A stretch of 64,000 nucleotides of DNA from Vicugna vicugna (GCA_013265495.1 MU058241.1:124001-188000), one strand, 5' to 3'. Shown: positions 39,751 to 54,010, counted from the stretch's first letter. A program made the numbers and translations. The notes: generated by a model from the letters alone, not told the origin.

Positions 39751-39989
39751 CTCTAACTAATATTTGAGCCTCAAATGTCTGCTGAGAGAGCAACACCAGC
39801 TGCATAAGAAATACCACGTGGGGCCGCTGAGGGCAGAGGACAAACAGCCATGGACCTGGCTCTTCATTTGCTGACACGAGGTTCCCAGAGTCCCCGGACT
39901 TTCCCTACACACACACACACACGCAGCCTTAGGGGAGAGAAAAACAAAGGGAAGAACATGCTACCCAACACACCTTCACTTCTCTGTCT

Positions 39990-40175
39990 AATCCGTGATT
40001 CTGCAGCTTGAATGTGCATCAGAACCTCAGAACCATCTGGAGGGCTTGTTAAACACAGATTGCAGGGCCCCACTCCTGATGTTTCTGATTCTGCACGGCT
40101 GGGGTGGGGCCTGAGACTCTGCATTCCTCACATGCTCCCAGGTGGTACTTACTGGGAACCATATTCTGGGAACCT
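39990..40175. mobile_element. MER5A
   Basis: tgcatcagaa...tggagggcttgttaaacacagattgc...ctggggtggggcctgaga. Confidence 0.85.
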
Positions 40176-41479
40176 CTGGCCTCCATTATTCCATAGGAGT
40201 GTGCTTTGCACTGAATTGGACATAAAGTTAATTTTTTTCTTACTCATGAGGGTCAGAGAGGAGAACTTGTCTTGCGAATAAGGGGTCATTCTTTGTGGAC
40301 AAATACCAAGCATCTTTTCTGCTCATCCAAGTTGTGGTATGAGTTTTGTGACTCAGCTACTCTCAAAGTTTTTAATTAAAAAAATTTTTTTTTAGTACTT
40401 GTGATTTTTCAAAAGCAATGATTATTTGAGAATAATTAAAACCATACAGTAGGGTGATCATTTACAGTTTGCTGAAAGCTAACCTAACCACAGACCAGTA
40501 AGCATGTGAACAAAAACAAAAGCCCTGCAGGGTAGCATCAGGCTGCCCAGGCTAAGTGTGGGATGGATGCAACCTTCGGTGTTGAGGCACCTGAAAGGTG
40601 CCACACATGTGGCTGTGGGACTGTCTCAGCCCCAGTGTCATGGGATCTTCTCCTTGGGACCCTCCACCTTTTCTCCTCTCAGCTGCCGTTCTTCTTTTAA
40701 ACTAGACCCTGTGTGTTTCCTGTTGGCCAGGTTTCTTCTTAGAGAGTGACACGGGGCAGAGTGACATGGGGAGGTGGAGCTCAGATTGAAAGTCTCATTT
40801 TTCCCAGAACTACTGTTGGCATCTCAGAGTTCTTGCAAGCCAGGAAATGTGGGTGGTAGACTTTAAAATCACGTATGGGGCAAAGGCAGAGGGAGGGGGA
40901 AAGGAGAGGGACATGGAGGGATGGCAAGAGATGGGGGACGGCGGGAGAGAGATTTGGGGTGCTGCTTCTTCACTTTACTTGGTACATCAAGCCTCGTGCA
41001 CGTGGCTATACTCGGAGGCCCCAGTTAACCACTCCCCTAGCAGCAGTGGTAGTTTCATAGTTCCGGTTAAACCTTCCCGCCTGCTATTTCCCTGGCAGTT
41101 TCCATTTAACTGCTTCATGTATGGATTATGTAACCAGAACTTTGTATTAAAAAACTTGCATCCTTCTAATGCATTAGTGACTCAATGAGGGGATGCCATG
41201 TTAGGTTCATGCTAATTGCATCTTCTCTGCCTGTGCACTTCGTGACAGACACTGTGTTTCTTTGGCAGGGTCCATAGGGTGGAAAATGGTGCTGGACATT
41301 GGGGAGTTTAACTTGAATGAGGTCTAGAAATTTGCCTGATGGTTTTCATTACCTAATGGGCCAAGCAGATGTCCTATCCAAAAAAGACTGTCTACCTTAT
41401 TGTTATGATCATTTCCTGCTGTGGTTTTAGCAGGTTTAGGTGCCTAATGCCCTCTTTGCCCCCGCAGTAAAGGTTGTCA

Positions 41480-41822
41480 TCAGGGGTCAGTAAACATTTT
41501 TCTGTAAAAGGCCACAGAGTACATATTTGCAACTTCTCAGTTCTGCCATCCTAGTGTAAAAGCTAGCATAGACAAGTTAATGGCCTTGGCTGTGTTTCAG
41601 TAAAACTTTATTTACCAAACAGGCAGCACTGGATTTGGTGTGCAGACCCGTAGCCTGCCTTCCCCTGGTTTAGTCAGTGCATACAGATCACCTTGGGAAC
41701 TTGTTAAAATGAAGTCTATGGTTCAGTAGATCCGAGGTTGGGGAGAGAAATTCTGTATTTCTAACAAGCTCCCAAGAGATGCTGATGCTGCTACATCTTA
41801 AACCACACTTTGAGTATCGAGG
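41480..41822. mobile_element. MER58A-like element followed by a MER5A-like element
   Basis: caggggtcagtaaac...ttcccctg, then ctgtatttctaacaagctcccaagagatgctgatgctgct. Confidence 0.75.
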
Positions 41823-42058
41823 TTTCAGATAACATATGCTTTTTGTAAATAGATTTGGCAATTGCATGGAACCATGAGATCCGGGTGATGATTCCAGTGA
41901 GCTGCACAGTTTTATAGAATTTTGGAGAGAGTCTGCAAAGTTGTGTGTAAACTGAGAAGATGTCTATGAGAATGATGCTTTATTTAGGAGTGCCTTCTAA
42001 CCAAACCAAACCCATGAAACTTGGGTATTCTCTCAGTAACTTCATTCTTTTTTCTCAG

Positions 42059-42105
42059 GTTTCCTGGAACCCATTTACTTTTGAAACTATCCCGGAAGAA
42101 TTCAG
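42059..42105 (+). other. Candidate 47-nt internal exon, probably 5'UTR
   Basis: Acceptor ttcattctttttttctcAG and donor CAG|GTAATT in non-repeat sequence. Confidence 0.5.
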
Positions 42106-44959
42106 GTAATTAAAAGGGAGTCTAGTTTTCTTTGTGACCTTGGATCCATCACTTGACCTTCCAACACCTGGGGGTAATGAAAATGTACTTGTCAAATTGT
42201 GTCAAGACAGGACCTTTCTGGAAAACAGATGTTGGGTCAGAATTTTCCCACACGTGGGAGAGCTGAAATCCTGCAGATAGCTCATGGACAACCTATTAAT
42301 AATGGTGACTTTTCCAAATACCAGAGCTAGAATACAAAGGACTGATTGCTTTCGGACTTGAGAAAAGTTTAAGAAAAACCTTGCCAGAGCAAGAACAACC
42401 ACAAAAACTGCAACAAACGTATGAAATGATCTGTAAATGGCTAAGCTTTCCCCAAAGTCTTCCTCGCAGCACACGTGGTAACTTGTGCTCTGACGCTGCA
42501 TGCTCACTGGAATCATCACCAGCTGCCCCGCCCCCTCCTCCCTTCCCCTTCCATCTTTGCCCAGTTCCACTAATTCTTTCCATATGGAAATTAGAACGTT
42601 ACCAAATTTGAGAGACCTGTTTCTCGGGTGGATTGTTGGAATCAATTCCATGTGGATAACTTAGCTGGCAGTTTTTAACAACATGTGGTCAAGGGGTCTG
42701 GGATTATTTTAAGTTTCAGGTTTTAAAAATAACAGATAGTTTTGACCCTCTTGGAGGATTTGCTGCTACTGGGTGCTCTCATGGGACATTCAGGTAGGGC
42801 TCAGGTTTCTGCCTGTCATTTCAGAGTCCCCACCCAAGGAGAAAGACTTTGTGTTGGCGATTAGGCATTTGTTTTGGTTGACCTTCCGTCTGCTGTGTTA
42901 ATGGTGTGAAAGGGGCAGCCTGAGTAAGAACATTCTGGTGGTGGCTACTTCTAGGTGTAGGTCCACTCAGAGGAAGCGTGGCCTCAGGTTGGACCCAGAA
43001 GGTCCAACGGATTGTTCCAGGGCTTCCTCTTTTCCTGATGTGCCTGCCTTCCCTGTGGCCATCTGTACGTTTTATGGAACAGATGTAAAATGTTTCTGTC
43101 TTACAAGGGGGTGTTGGCCATACAAGTGTGGTTATATATTGTAGCTTGACAACCCCAGCAGTGCCCAGCTTTGGGACGCCCCTTAGAGGTGGACAGATTG
43201 CCTTCACCTTAGACTTCTGAGAGCCAAGGGGGCACAAAGCAGGTAAGCAGAATCCTCACAAAAGAGCGAGGAGTGCTGAGATCCCTGAGAGAGCAGAGTT
43301 ATTTTGCTTTGACTTTCCATGGAAAATTCATCCCATAAACTGGAGTGAAAGACATTTTCTTCTAGGTCCCCCAGAAGGTGAAAGGGTCACTTGTGCTTTT
43401 GGCTTTGCCTCAGTATTTTGGCTGTGGCCACTGGCCAGTGTCAGGCTAGGGGGAGTATTCATAAAATAGCTTATGTTCAAAAATCTGATGCTCTTGAAAT
43501 GAAGCCTTTATTATTTGTTTAATCTTGGCTCCACTACCACCGTCTGAGTCTTAGTTTCACATTAAAAATGTCTACCTTGAGTGGTTCTTTTGAGAAAGGA
43601 CGTACAGGGAGAAACATCTGTCGTGTGGTTAGGTTCAAATAAACAGTACCTACTGGTTTTAAGCCAATTGGAGTTGCTCTTATATGAAACTGAAAAGACT
43701 TCTCCTGGTGAAAGGAGCGAAAACAGCGTGAAGGTATCTGCTTCCTTTTAACTTCTGCTCATTTTGGCAATGGCCTTTGTTGACTGGATCTTCTCTGTGG
43801 TGGGTGTGTGGGCTAGAACATTCTGGGTGTGGCTACTTACTGTCCTGGGTAAATGTGGGAAGTGCAGCCATTATTATTAAGTGTATTTGCACATTTGCGT
43901 GTGAGTTTTGAGAACTTCTGAAGAACGAGGCAATGTGGGATTACATGCTTTTGGAGGCACATGTGAAGGACCCAGCTACTGGTAGACCTTAGGAGGAGTG
44001 AGTCCTTGGATCTGGTAGGTGTGTGTGTGTCTGCGTATCCCACAATGTGGAGAGTGGGGGGACATAGAACCAGTTCTGCTGGCACACAGGCTTCTGCTCA
44101 GACTTTTCTTAGATGGCCCCAGAGGACAGTGCTGGCCACATTTTATCAGCTCTAACATGTACATTTTTGTAGGATTTTGTATTCTGAAATCAGAGTGTTT
44201 CCTACAATCAGCCACATCTTATAATTATTGGTATCTCTTCTACTTAAATTAACGATGTGTCTTATAGTCAGTGTACTCTTGTATTTGGTGAAATGTGATC
44301 GATTCGGGCTCCTGATTTTGGGCTGAGAATGCAGTAAAATGAAGAACTCCCGTCCTCTCGAATCACAGGGCCAGAGAGGAAAAAAGATACGCCATTTGTG
44401 CTTCCCCTAGTCCTCACATCTGCCCAGGGCAGAGGAGGAGGGTCGGGACTCCTTCATCTAGAGCTGTGGTCCTCATTCCCCAGCAACATCAACGTCACCT
44501 GGGGCCTTGTGAATCAAACTCTGGGGTGGCTCCCCCAGGCTGGGTTTGAGCAGGCCCTCCTGGTGACCCTGATGCATGCTCAATTTGACACCCAGAGAAC
44601 TGGGGCTCCCACAGTTGTTTTCCTGGAGGGGTGTTGTCAGAAGCACCCGGTGTGGAATCATCTACGTTCCTCCCTAACTTCAGCTTCTGTACGAAGGAAG
44701 CCATTCCCTCCTTGGTAGTGATCTGTCCTCCCTGCGCCACACGACAGCACGTTCGCCTTTCTCGTCCCACCACTCCACTGGCTTGTTTGGCAGGATCCTT
44801 CTTGCATCCAGCCCATAAGTGGTGGTGGTGTTCTGTAGGTCTGGTGAGCATCACCTTTTTTCACTCTGCACGTTCTCTCTGGCCAGTCCTCTTGATGCCA
44901 GTGGTTTCAGTCCACTCCGCTGTCAATGGCTCCCGAATTTCTCTCTACAGTCTGGGTTT

Positions 44960-46110
44960 CTGGTGCCCCCACCCACATACCCACAAAAATTGACATGTAC
45001 CTCAAATCAACACATTAAAATGGTGCTCCTTGTCTTCCTCCTGAAACCAGTTTCTTTCTTCCTGATTTCCTTCTTAGTGAGTGGTTCCAACATCTCACCT
45101 ATTGCTTAAGGTGAAAATTTGGGTATTTCTGTATGTTTTTCTCTGTCTCATGACTCACATTCATTACCCACCGTCACATCATTACTCTTACTATCTCTCC
45201 AAGGCATTCCGTCCTCTCCATGTCCACTGCCCATGGCCCTAACTGGGTCGTTATTATCCTTTTTTTGAATGTTACATGGGCCTCCCTCTGTTTCTGTTTT
45301 TTTTTTCCTGCCTCCAGGCTTACTCCAAACCTGTTCAATCTATCCATTGTTGATTAGGTTAGAGTGACATTTCTCATGTGCAAATCTGGTGATAAAATTC
45401 CTTTATCTAAACAGTCTCACATGTCTTCCCATTTGCTCAGCAGTATTTCCCAGTCCAGATCCTTTTTGGAGCTCTGTTCTTAAGAGATTATCACCTAGGT
45501 TTGGGAATTGCTGCTTACAGTTTTTCTTTTTGGAACTCATAACCACCTTTGGCATTTTAAATGTTTTGGGAAGTCCTCCGGTCGAGAAACTCATTTAGGT
45601 TTGACCTAGCATTTCTCATGTCTTGGTTGACTCTGCGCCTCCCAACCTTTTAACATCCCATGGCGTTTGTGTTCTCAGTGCATCTTGGGAAAGGCTGTAC
45701 TTTCCATGCAAGGCTTGCTGTGAGCTGACCCCACCTTGCTCTTCATCATTTTCTACAATCCTTGATCACATTTTTACTGACAGTGATTTTGAAGTTTAAT
45801 TTCCTAAAAGTGTCATGTTATCTCAAGCCCTTGGACTTGTAACCTTTATTTTTACCCCTGAATGAACTTCCCTCTATGCTCCTTGCCCCCTAGAGAATTC
45901 CCTCTTGTTATTCAGGTCTCAGCTCAACTACCACCACCTCCAGGAAGCCCTCCCTGACTCCTCTAGGTATAGTTGGTGTCTCCTGTCTGGTGCCTTTGTA
46001 TCTTGTTTACACTTTTATCATCATCTCCTTATAGACTGTAACCTTCTTGACCACAGTGACATTGGTCCAGCAGAGTGTCTGCATAGCACAGATGCTCAGT
46101 TGATGTGAAA
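44960..46110 (+). mobile_element. L2 fragments
   Basis: acctcaaatcaacac...; ttcaggtctcagctcaactaccaccacctccaggaagccctccctgac. Confidence 0.7.
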
Positions 46111-46600
46111 TGAGCACTTGAGTAATGGTAGTTTCTGGCTGTAATGATAGTAGTGCTGTTTCAAATGCTGTCTGTGTTAAGTCATGTAATCTTCGTGGTG
46201 CCCTTATGAGATAGGCACTGGCATTATTGTCCCCATTGTTCAAGTGGACTGAACATAGAGGACTTTGGTGTCTGGCCTGCCTGTTTCTTGCAGGGGAAGG
46301 TGAAAGGGAGCTCTCATTTCTGTGAGGATGTTGTGGGGGAAAGAACACATATCTTCAGGAGGCACTTCTCTTGAGAAACAATAAATAACTAGAATGACCT
46401 TTTTTTTTTTCTTATTGAAAAAGAAGAAATTTTCAGTCTCCCCTAAGAAGATGAGTGCTTCCATTTTGGTAGGACATTGGCTGCTGGGTGTTACTTGCAA
46501 CTTGCTGGCAGATTTAATAGAGTCATTATCCTCACTGATTATAGCAGCTGAGCTGTTAGTGCCGAGGGGTCGTCCTTTAAATGGAATGGGTCACTTGATA

Positions 46601-46843
46601 GCAGTGGTTCTCAGCTGGGGGCGAGCATGCCCCCAAGGAGACAGTGGGTAACCTCTGGAGACATTTTCTGTTGTCACAACTTGAGGTGGGTTGCTCCTGG
46701 CATCCAGTGGTTGAAGGGCAGGGATGGTGCTCACCATCACACAGTGTAGAGGATGTCTTCCCCACCAAACTCCCCCCATCCCCTAAAACCACAGTAAAGA
46801 GTGATTTGACCCAAATGTCCACAGCGAGGAGTTGAGAAACCAT
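46601..46843 (+). mobile_element. MER20 hAT-Charlie element
   Basis: cagtggttctcagctgggg...tctggagacattttctgttgtcacaact...ccaaatgtccacag...gttgagaaacc. Confidence 0.85.
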
Positions 46844-48139
46844 GTTCAGTGGTTATAGGTTGAGGCTTATAGCAAAACATGTTAGAAATTAAGCAGAAAA
46901 CTTGAAGGTCTAAACACAGCAATGGGATTCAGTGGCAAATAAGGGCTGGTCAGAAGTGCACTGTGGGGCATCCCTAAATTTTAATGAGCACAGCATAGTA
47001 AAAGTCATCAAACTCAGGGAAGGTGACACCGTGGCACTCCATTCAGTGTTAGGAAAGGAAACCAAAAAACTTCCAGCCTTGAAAGGTAGGATTAAGGACA
47101 GTTACTCGCAAGAGACCTTCAGACTGTTCACGCTTTTTTCTGGAAATCCATAAAAAATATGCACTGAAGAATTTTCTCTAAGTGTCATTCTTAAGGAAGT
47201 GTCCTAGAAATGTCATTCTTGGAGCAATGTCCCAGAATGACAATAGCAGGGGAAAAAAAATCACTTTCAGTAAATGAGAAAAGGGGAGTCAGATGCATGA
47301 CCAATGCATGTCAGGGCTGATGGGGCCAAGATGTATGAGACTTGGCAAAGAAATCAAATCTGTAGAAGACCTTTAAGTATCTTAGGGAAAGGAGGCCAAC
47401 CAGAGTAGACGTCTCCGAAGTGGGTGAGTATAAATGGAGGTGTTTGTGACAGTCTGTCTGTTGCATGAGGGAGGAAAATACTAGAACATTTTTTAAGAAT
47501 AAAAAATAAATGTCAACATCAGAAAGTCTTTAGCATTATTAGTATCTTGTACAGATCAGTCCTGGTGCTCATACCCAAGCTGCGTGGTCGACCTCCCACG
47601 TTAGAAACAGAATGACAGGTAATCTGAGGAGAGAGTACCAAAGTATTGGCATGTACCATCCTACCCAGGGGTGGGTAGGTGAATCTAGAGATCACATCCT
47701 TGAGTTTATGTAGAGCTAACCCCTACAGCACGTTCAGATAGCTTAAAAAGATGTCTGAGAATGCACAGCCTTTTTGAAGTCAAGGGTAACCTTACAAGCA
47801 CAGTGAACCACAAGAAAATGGCCAGTTTGTATTTGTACTTCGCTGTATTGTGACATTGAAACATTGTCCCCATCAGAGCTGGCAAAAAAATTGACTGCTC
47901 CCTGCCCCAAAATAAAAATTATCAAGAAGCTTATATGGTTTTATGTCCAAGTTCGATAATGATAGCTATTTCCCTATGTACATATTTGTGCTGTGAAATA
48001 TTCCTGAGTGATGTTAGTACAGTAAGTTGTTTGTAAATAACATAAATAAATGTTTATCACAAATGCAAGCTCCAGCTTGACCATTCAGGAGCCTCATGGT
48101 CTGTGACAAGATACTTGTGTTTCTCTCTGTTGCTTGCTT

Positions 48140-48960
48140 GATTATTTTTTATGCTAAGTTTTATTGATGTATAATTTACATCCAAACATACCCATTTTAA
48201 GGGTACAGCTTGAGGTCTGACAAATGCTTATAAACATGTAATCACCATCACAATCAAGATATAGAATTGTTCCATCACCCTCTCAAAGTTCTCTCTTGTC
48301 CCTTTATGGTCAAGCACTCTTCCATCCTAGCTTCCGGCAACCATCAGCCTCATCTCTGTCCTCAGTTTTGCGTTTTCCAGATCTCATATATAATAAATCA
48401 TATGGAATGAGGCTTTGGTGTTGAGCTTCTTTCCTGTAGCATAACATGTTCGAGGGTGGTCCAGTGTGTTTAAAACATCAGTAGTCCTTTTTCTTTTATT
48501 TCCCAATAGTCTTCCCTAGTATGGATGTACTTCCTGTAGTTGTTTACCCACCCATTAGTTGAAGGACATTGGGTTGTTTCTGGGTTTGGGCAACTGTGAA
48601 TAAAGTCTCTGCTCACATTTGCACCCATGTCTTGGCATGGATATGTGATTTCATTTCACTTGTATACATACCCAGGTGTGCGATTCCTGCGTCATATGTT
48701 AAGTGTGTGCTCAACTGTGTAAAAAACCACCAAACTGTTTTTCAAAGTCACTGTGCTGTTTCACATTCTTACCAGCAATGCATGAGAGTCCCAGCTGCTG
48801 TCCATCCTTGCCAATCCTGGGTATGGTCAGTTAAAAAAAATACCCATTTAGTAATGCTATTTCGTAGTGATTTTAATTTACACTTCCCTGATGGCTAAAT
48901 ATGCTGAGCATCATCTCCTGTTTAGTTGCCATCTTTACCTGTTCTGGGTGAAGTGCGCTT
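48140..48960 (-). mobile_element. Old L1M 3' fragment
   Basis: accatcacaatcaagatatagaat...ccaaactgtttttcaaagt...cttccctgatggctaa. Confidence 0.8.
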
Positions 48961-50406
48961 ACACTTCTTAAGTGTGTGTGTGTGTGTATGCAGTGCGACA
49001 TTCGTGTTGATAGGACTTTTTGAGTATTACATGAAATGAGTGTTCAAATGAAATAATTAAAATGACAGTCTTTCTTGCAGTCCCTTTATTTCTCCTGTTT
49101 CCTTTCCTTTCCCTTTTGCAGTTGTAATGTAATTCCCCACGGGAGCACAGATGTATTCTAACGATAAGCTATACTGCTAAAAAATGTGTACACTAAAAGT
49201 GGGAAGTCTCAACACATTTAACACATATTGATGGGGCACCTATTTCCAGGAATGCTTGGGATAGAAGTGTCAGTGAGTAAAGCACACGGAGATGCCCGGG
49301 GGTCATGGAGCTGCATGCCCGCAGAGGGAGAGACAAGGCATGACCATGACAAATAAATGAATTGTGCATCGTGTTAGGAGACTGTAGGTGCTCTGTGGAC
49401 GAGCTCTTTCTAGTGGACTGGAGATGGTTCTGTGAAGCTCGTTTGGGTTGTGACCCTTGATTGACTTAACGGCGGGCAATTCCATGGCCGGGGCCATTTG
49501 TGCCAAAGCTGGGACTTGGTCCTTGTGGGGCAGGGCAGAGAGCTGAGGAGGCAGGGAGCTTGGGAGCCCTTCTGCAGAGGGGGTGGGGGGTGGGCAGTGC
49601 CACCCACAGTGTCCAAAGGAGCCTCCTGCCTGTCTTTGGGAAACTTATTTGTGCTCTCCTGATTTCAGGATGATTTCACACTGAACTTTCTGGGGGGCAG
49701 GGTGTGGGGAAGATGAGATGGAACTTGCAAGCATACATACTGGCTGTAATGGAAGTCTGATGGTGGGGCTGGAAGTGCAGATGGTTGGATGCCTTTTACA
49801 GCTGAAGAAATGCCCGCATGAAACCGAAGCGTGCGTGGATCTTGTTCTGCTGTGTTTTTATTTTAATTTTTTTGTTTTGCTGTTTTTAATCCCATCTCCA
49901 AATAACAGTTTCTTGACATGTTTGGATCTTTCACAGCTTAATTTGGTGGCACAGAATATTATTTTGCTTTTCTTTCTCGGCAATAAAACGTGCCTGGCTG
50001 TTGCTTCTGGGACAGAACCGCCTGTGTCCTGTTGCTACTTATGCTTTGAGTATTGTTGCAAGGAGAGGGCCCACTTGACAAGGTGTGCATTATAACCTGG
50101 GTTGAAGAAGAACTCCTCCCCACAAGAACATGAATTTCTAGAATGTGAGGTAGGCTCTGTTGGGCGATACGGTTTTCATCTGACACTAAAACATGCCAAT
50201 GGAATTTTTTTTCTCTCACAAGCACAATAGAATCTTGTAATGCCATAAGCCATCAGATACTTATGCTTTCAAAGTTTGAATTCCAACTCCTTTTCCTTTC
50301 GAAGCTGATCATTTTTATCAGGACGAAAATTTTCTGCATACAATAAATTTCTTTGCTCCTTTGCAGAGTGTGAGTGGTGCGTAATTGAGCCTTCAGTCAG
50401 TTAGCC

Positions 50407-50494
50407 GTGGCTGATAGACTGAGATCAGATGCAGTTCCGACCCTTCTCATTATATTGTGTGCACTGGCCCATGGGCAAAAGTTTGCCAACCTTG
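50407..50494 (+). CDS. Putative coding part of exon 50367-50494: GTG-initiated signal-peptide-like segment (M)ADRLRSDAVPTLLIILCALAHGQKFANL
   Basis: Acceptor tttctttgctcctttgcAG (exon starts at 50367) and donor TTG|GTGAGG. gccGTGg Kozak context, hydrophobic core LLIILCALA followed by A-H-G|Q, phase-1 end. Confidence 0.5.
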
Positions 50495-50524
50495 GTGAGG
50501 ATGATGAGAGACAATATAAAATGT

Positions 50525-50760
50525 GAATTAAAAGCCAGAACTTCAGAATCAAATACACCTGGGTTTGCATTCCCATTTGTCTGTTACTCGCTGTGTGATC
50601 TTGGGCAGGGAATTAACCTCTCCGTGTCTCAGTATGGATTTGCTTATCTTAAAAGACAGGGACAGTTGTGCTGATTTTGCCAGGTTTTATAAGGATTAAG
50701 AATCGTAATACATGTAAAATATTTATCCTGGTTCCTGGCACATTGTAAATGATGTCAAGG
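50525..50760 (+). mobile_element. MIR in the intron between candidate exons
   Basis: ctgtgtgatcttgggcagggaattaacctctccgtgtctcagt...aggattaag...cctggcacattgtaa. Confidence 0.8.
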
Positions 50761-50852
50761 ATAGAAAATAATTATGTTAAATTATTTATAACTTTAAATT
50801 TTAAAAATGAAATATTAAATCTACTTATGTTCTATTACCTTACTGTTCTTAG

Positions 50853-50933
50853 AACTTGCCTCTGGATCCTCAGATATACAGACAGACAGACAAATAAATA
50901 GCACACATACCCAGGCTGCCTCAGCCCGTGAAG
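50853..50933 (+). CDS. Putative 81-nt phase 1-1 exon ELASGSSDIQTDRQINSTHTQAASARE
   Basis: Acceptor ccttactgttcttAG and donor AAG|GTGAGT. Only the frame matching the previous exon is stop-free. Contains an N-S-T sequon. Confidence 0.55.
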
Positions 50934-52097
50934 GTGAGTGATGCTGTTTTCGAAGAGACATCAAGTGATGAATATGGGAAATCAGTTACCCATGGCAGAA
51001 GCAGAGTTGTCTCACAGAACTTGAATTCAGCACCACTTGGAGTCCTTGATCTTCAAGAAAATGTTTTGAAACAGTTCTCAAAGTCCTTTGGCCATTTTAC
51101 TGCTTAACTGTGTACCCTTCCGTGTAGCCAAAGGGACAGGTGGACATGTTCCCTCCCACCCCACTCCCCGCTGTGATTTGAGGCCATCTAGTAACATAGC
51201 TGGGGGACGAAATGCAGTGTCTCTAAACTCTTTCTCGTGTTTTTAATATTCAAAAACAGATAAAACATGATGTTTGGACAATTATTAAACTCCATAGCTG
51301 AGCCTATTGTGGGCGTAAGCGCTCCACTTCCAAAATTATCACAGAACAGAGTTTTGCAAAGTTTTCTCAAGTCTATTGGAAAAACATATTTTGGTGTTAT
51401 TTGCAAATAAAAGTATTTTCTCCCAGGTCCTATTTTAGTCCTAATTTTTTCAGAAAAGTCATACTCTGAAGCGTCCTCCTTTCCCTCAGACTGTGGTTCT
51501 TTCATTGGCAAGCATCTGTTTCACTTGTATTTAAGAAAAGCAGTTAATTTCAAAGATGTAGCTGACAAAAAAGTAAGAACATAAAAGCATCAGAGCAAAA
51601 GAGTTAAGTGTTAACCACACTACGGGTGGTGATCCCTAACCGTGGCTAGAAATTTCTTTCTCTCTCATAGAATATGTCTCTTGATTTTCCATCAAAAGTG
51701 TCACTCTGTTTGGTGGGCAACCGCATGAAAATGGTTATAAAAGAATCCTTTATCAAAATGAATAATCTATGAAACGTCGTTTAACATCTTAAGAGCTAGT
51801 GAAGAATTTTGCCTAAAAGGCTAAAGAATTGGCCAAATCTCAGATGAGCCCCCAGATGGGCACCATTTTCCCTGAGAAGGGCTGTGCTCGTGGGGCCTGG
51901 ATGGGGCTTGAAGGTGTCTCTCCTCGTTTCTGCATTGGCTGGGGAGATCCACGCATCTCCACTCTAAGCTTCCTTGTCCTCTTATAGGACAGTCCCAATC
52001 CAGGTGCTTTTCAAATGAAAAATTTGACCCCTAGATAGTTTGCATTGGCCGTAGTGGGGGTCTTCCTAGTGGCAGGCTTCCCTTCATGCTCCTGCAG

Positions 52098-52455
52098 GTC
52101 ATGGCGAGAGTGTCGCATTAGAAGCTCCTTGCTGGCCAGAGGATGGTGTCAGAGTCACTTCCCCAAGAGCCCTGCTTGTCTGGCCCAGTGTGGTTGTGAG
52201 TTTGGGAACCCGGGAGGTGGTGAGTTTGCTCACTGTGATGGCATTTTGTGATTGGCCAGTGCAGAGCATCTTTGATGGCAACATCAAAGCTTTTTCTTGC
52301 CACCGTCCACCCAGTGTCCCCTACAACTTGTATGTGCATTTAGAATTGGCTGCACCTCTTTTGGTCGCTGTTGTAGAAATCCAGAGAACATTTTCTTCCC
52401 CTCTTTTCCCTGGGGTTGTGGCTGCCATCACGTTCAAAGAAAAATTGCTGAATGC
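52098..52455 (+). CDS. Putative 358-nt phase 1-2 exon (GHGESVALEAPCW...TFKEKLLNA)
   Basis: Acceptor cttcccttcatgctcctgcAG and donor GC|GTAAGA. About 119 stop-free codons in the expected phase. An L2 fragment begins just after the donor. Confidence 0.5.
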
Positions 52456-52819
52456 GTAAGAATAAGCTCAGTTCCGACTCATCCTTCAATATCGAGCTCA
52501 TCAGTCTCTGCCTCTGGAAAGCCTTCCTGCTCTTTCCATCTACCTGATCTTGTTTGGAGGCTCTTTGGGTCCCCCACCACAAGCCATGCTTGTTTCTCCT
52601 ACAGAACCATTATGGTGTGAAAATTGCATGAGTCCTTTGCATTCAGGTTCTATGCTTTCCATGCCTGGAATAAAGTAGCAACTTAGTGTGTTTCTAAATG
52701 CACCAGCAGAGCACTTGAGAGTCTTGTGCACGATTAAATCATTATTATTTTAAATGAGATAATTCATGTATAGCAATCACATAGTATCAGGCACTTAATT
52801 AGCACTTGGTTAGTTTTTA

Positions 52820-53210
52820 TATTAGTTGGGATCGTTTAGCTGAAGGCAACAGAAAACCCAACAATTAAATTTCAACATAGAAGGGTATTCTTGCCTTGGC
52901 ATCATGAAGACTGGGTGTAGGACATCATGGAGGGCATGATGGGACCGTGGCTGCATGATGCAGCCAGGTGTTTTCCATTCTTTTGTTCCACCCGGCATAG
53001 GAGGATGCCTTTGTCCTCGTGCCCACATGGCCACAGAGTGGCTGCTGCATCTCCTGGCTCAGGTCTCTCTATATGGGCAGGAAGAGGGAGAAAGGACCAG
53101 AGAGATCAAGGGGGCAGCTTTATTAGAAGACCCAGTTGTCCTGTGGCTTTTTCACTTATCTCTCCATGGCCAAGACTGAATCAGTTACTTAACTGGGGCT
53201 GTGGAAGCGG
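52820..53210 (-). mobile_element. MLT1 (J/K-like) LTR fragment
   Basis: gcaacagaaaacccaac...cacagagtggctgctgcatctcc. Confidence 0.6.
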
Positions 53211-54010
53211 TGGGTTCAGCCAACTCAGAAGGTCTGCTAGAGTTCATTGTTCTATTCTGCACTGCTGGCTTCCAGAGGGGGTGGAGTATGTGTTGTCCCT
53301 CTCAGTGGGCCCAGGCGATGACAGATTCCCACACCGCCCCCCTGCCTGACTACATCACTCTCACTGCATTGCCCCTCTATCTTTCCTTCTCTCCTGTTTT
53401 CATCTCCCCGTTCCCTCATTGTGACTCAGAGTGTGGTGTGTGGTCCAGCGTCAGCATCTCCTGGAAGCAGCTTAGAAATGCAGGTCTCAGTTTTCACACC
53501 AGGCCTCTGGAATCAGAAACTTTGACGGTGCAGCAGCAGTCTGTATTACGACATGCCCTGCAGGGGCTTCTGATGCGAGCCCAACTCTGTCAACCTTGGT
53601 TTTCTAACACTTGCTCTGGGTCTTCTTCTGGGTCACCCAGTGGAATCAAAGCATTCCAGAAACACTTGTATGCTTGGACATTTTACATTGTGTTGTTTAA
53701 TTAAGTGTTAGGTGAGTTTCTATTTATAATCTGGTTTTTAAAAATACTAGCTGATTTGGGTGGCTCTTGGGTTGGATGAGTTTTTCATGTGTGTGACCCT
53801 TGATTGGGGATAAAAAAGGAATTTCTAGTTCTTGATCAACATGCAGCAAACAAGTTTGATTATTATTTTTTTCTTTATGGGACTATTTGATTATGTATTT
53901 GAACAGACCTAATGGGCAATTAGTTTTTGTGTTATGAAGACTGTGTGTGTATACACACACACACACATCTGAAGAGAATTTTGGAAGAAAATATAATTCT
54001 TTACTGTAAC

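Noticed and set aside
47183..47242. 28-bp tandem duplication with a TGTCATTCT/AGAATGACA inverted repeat
   Set aside because: Short and degenerate, most simply a local slippage event.
50429..50897. ATG-started frame MQFRPFSLYCVHWPMGKSLPTL as the main CDS
   Set aside because: Spliced to the next exon it stops after 36 aa, and unspliced it runs into a MIR. At most it is a competing short ORF.
52099..52582. Minus-strand ORFs overlapping the 358-nt exon
   Set aside because: They are interrupted by stops, partly L2-derived, and lack convincing - strand splice sites.
53942..53961. 20-bp perfect palindrome TGTGTGTGTATACACACACA
   Set aside because: Head-to-head TG/CA microsatellites are common and nothing else here suggests function.
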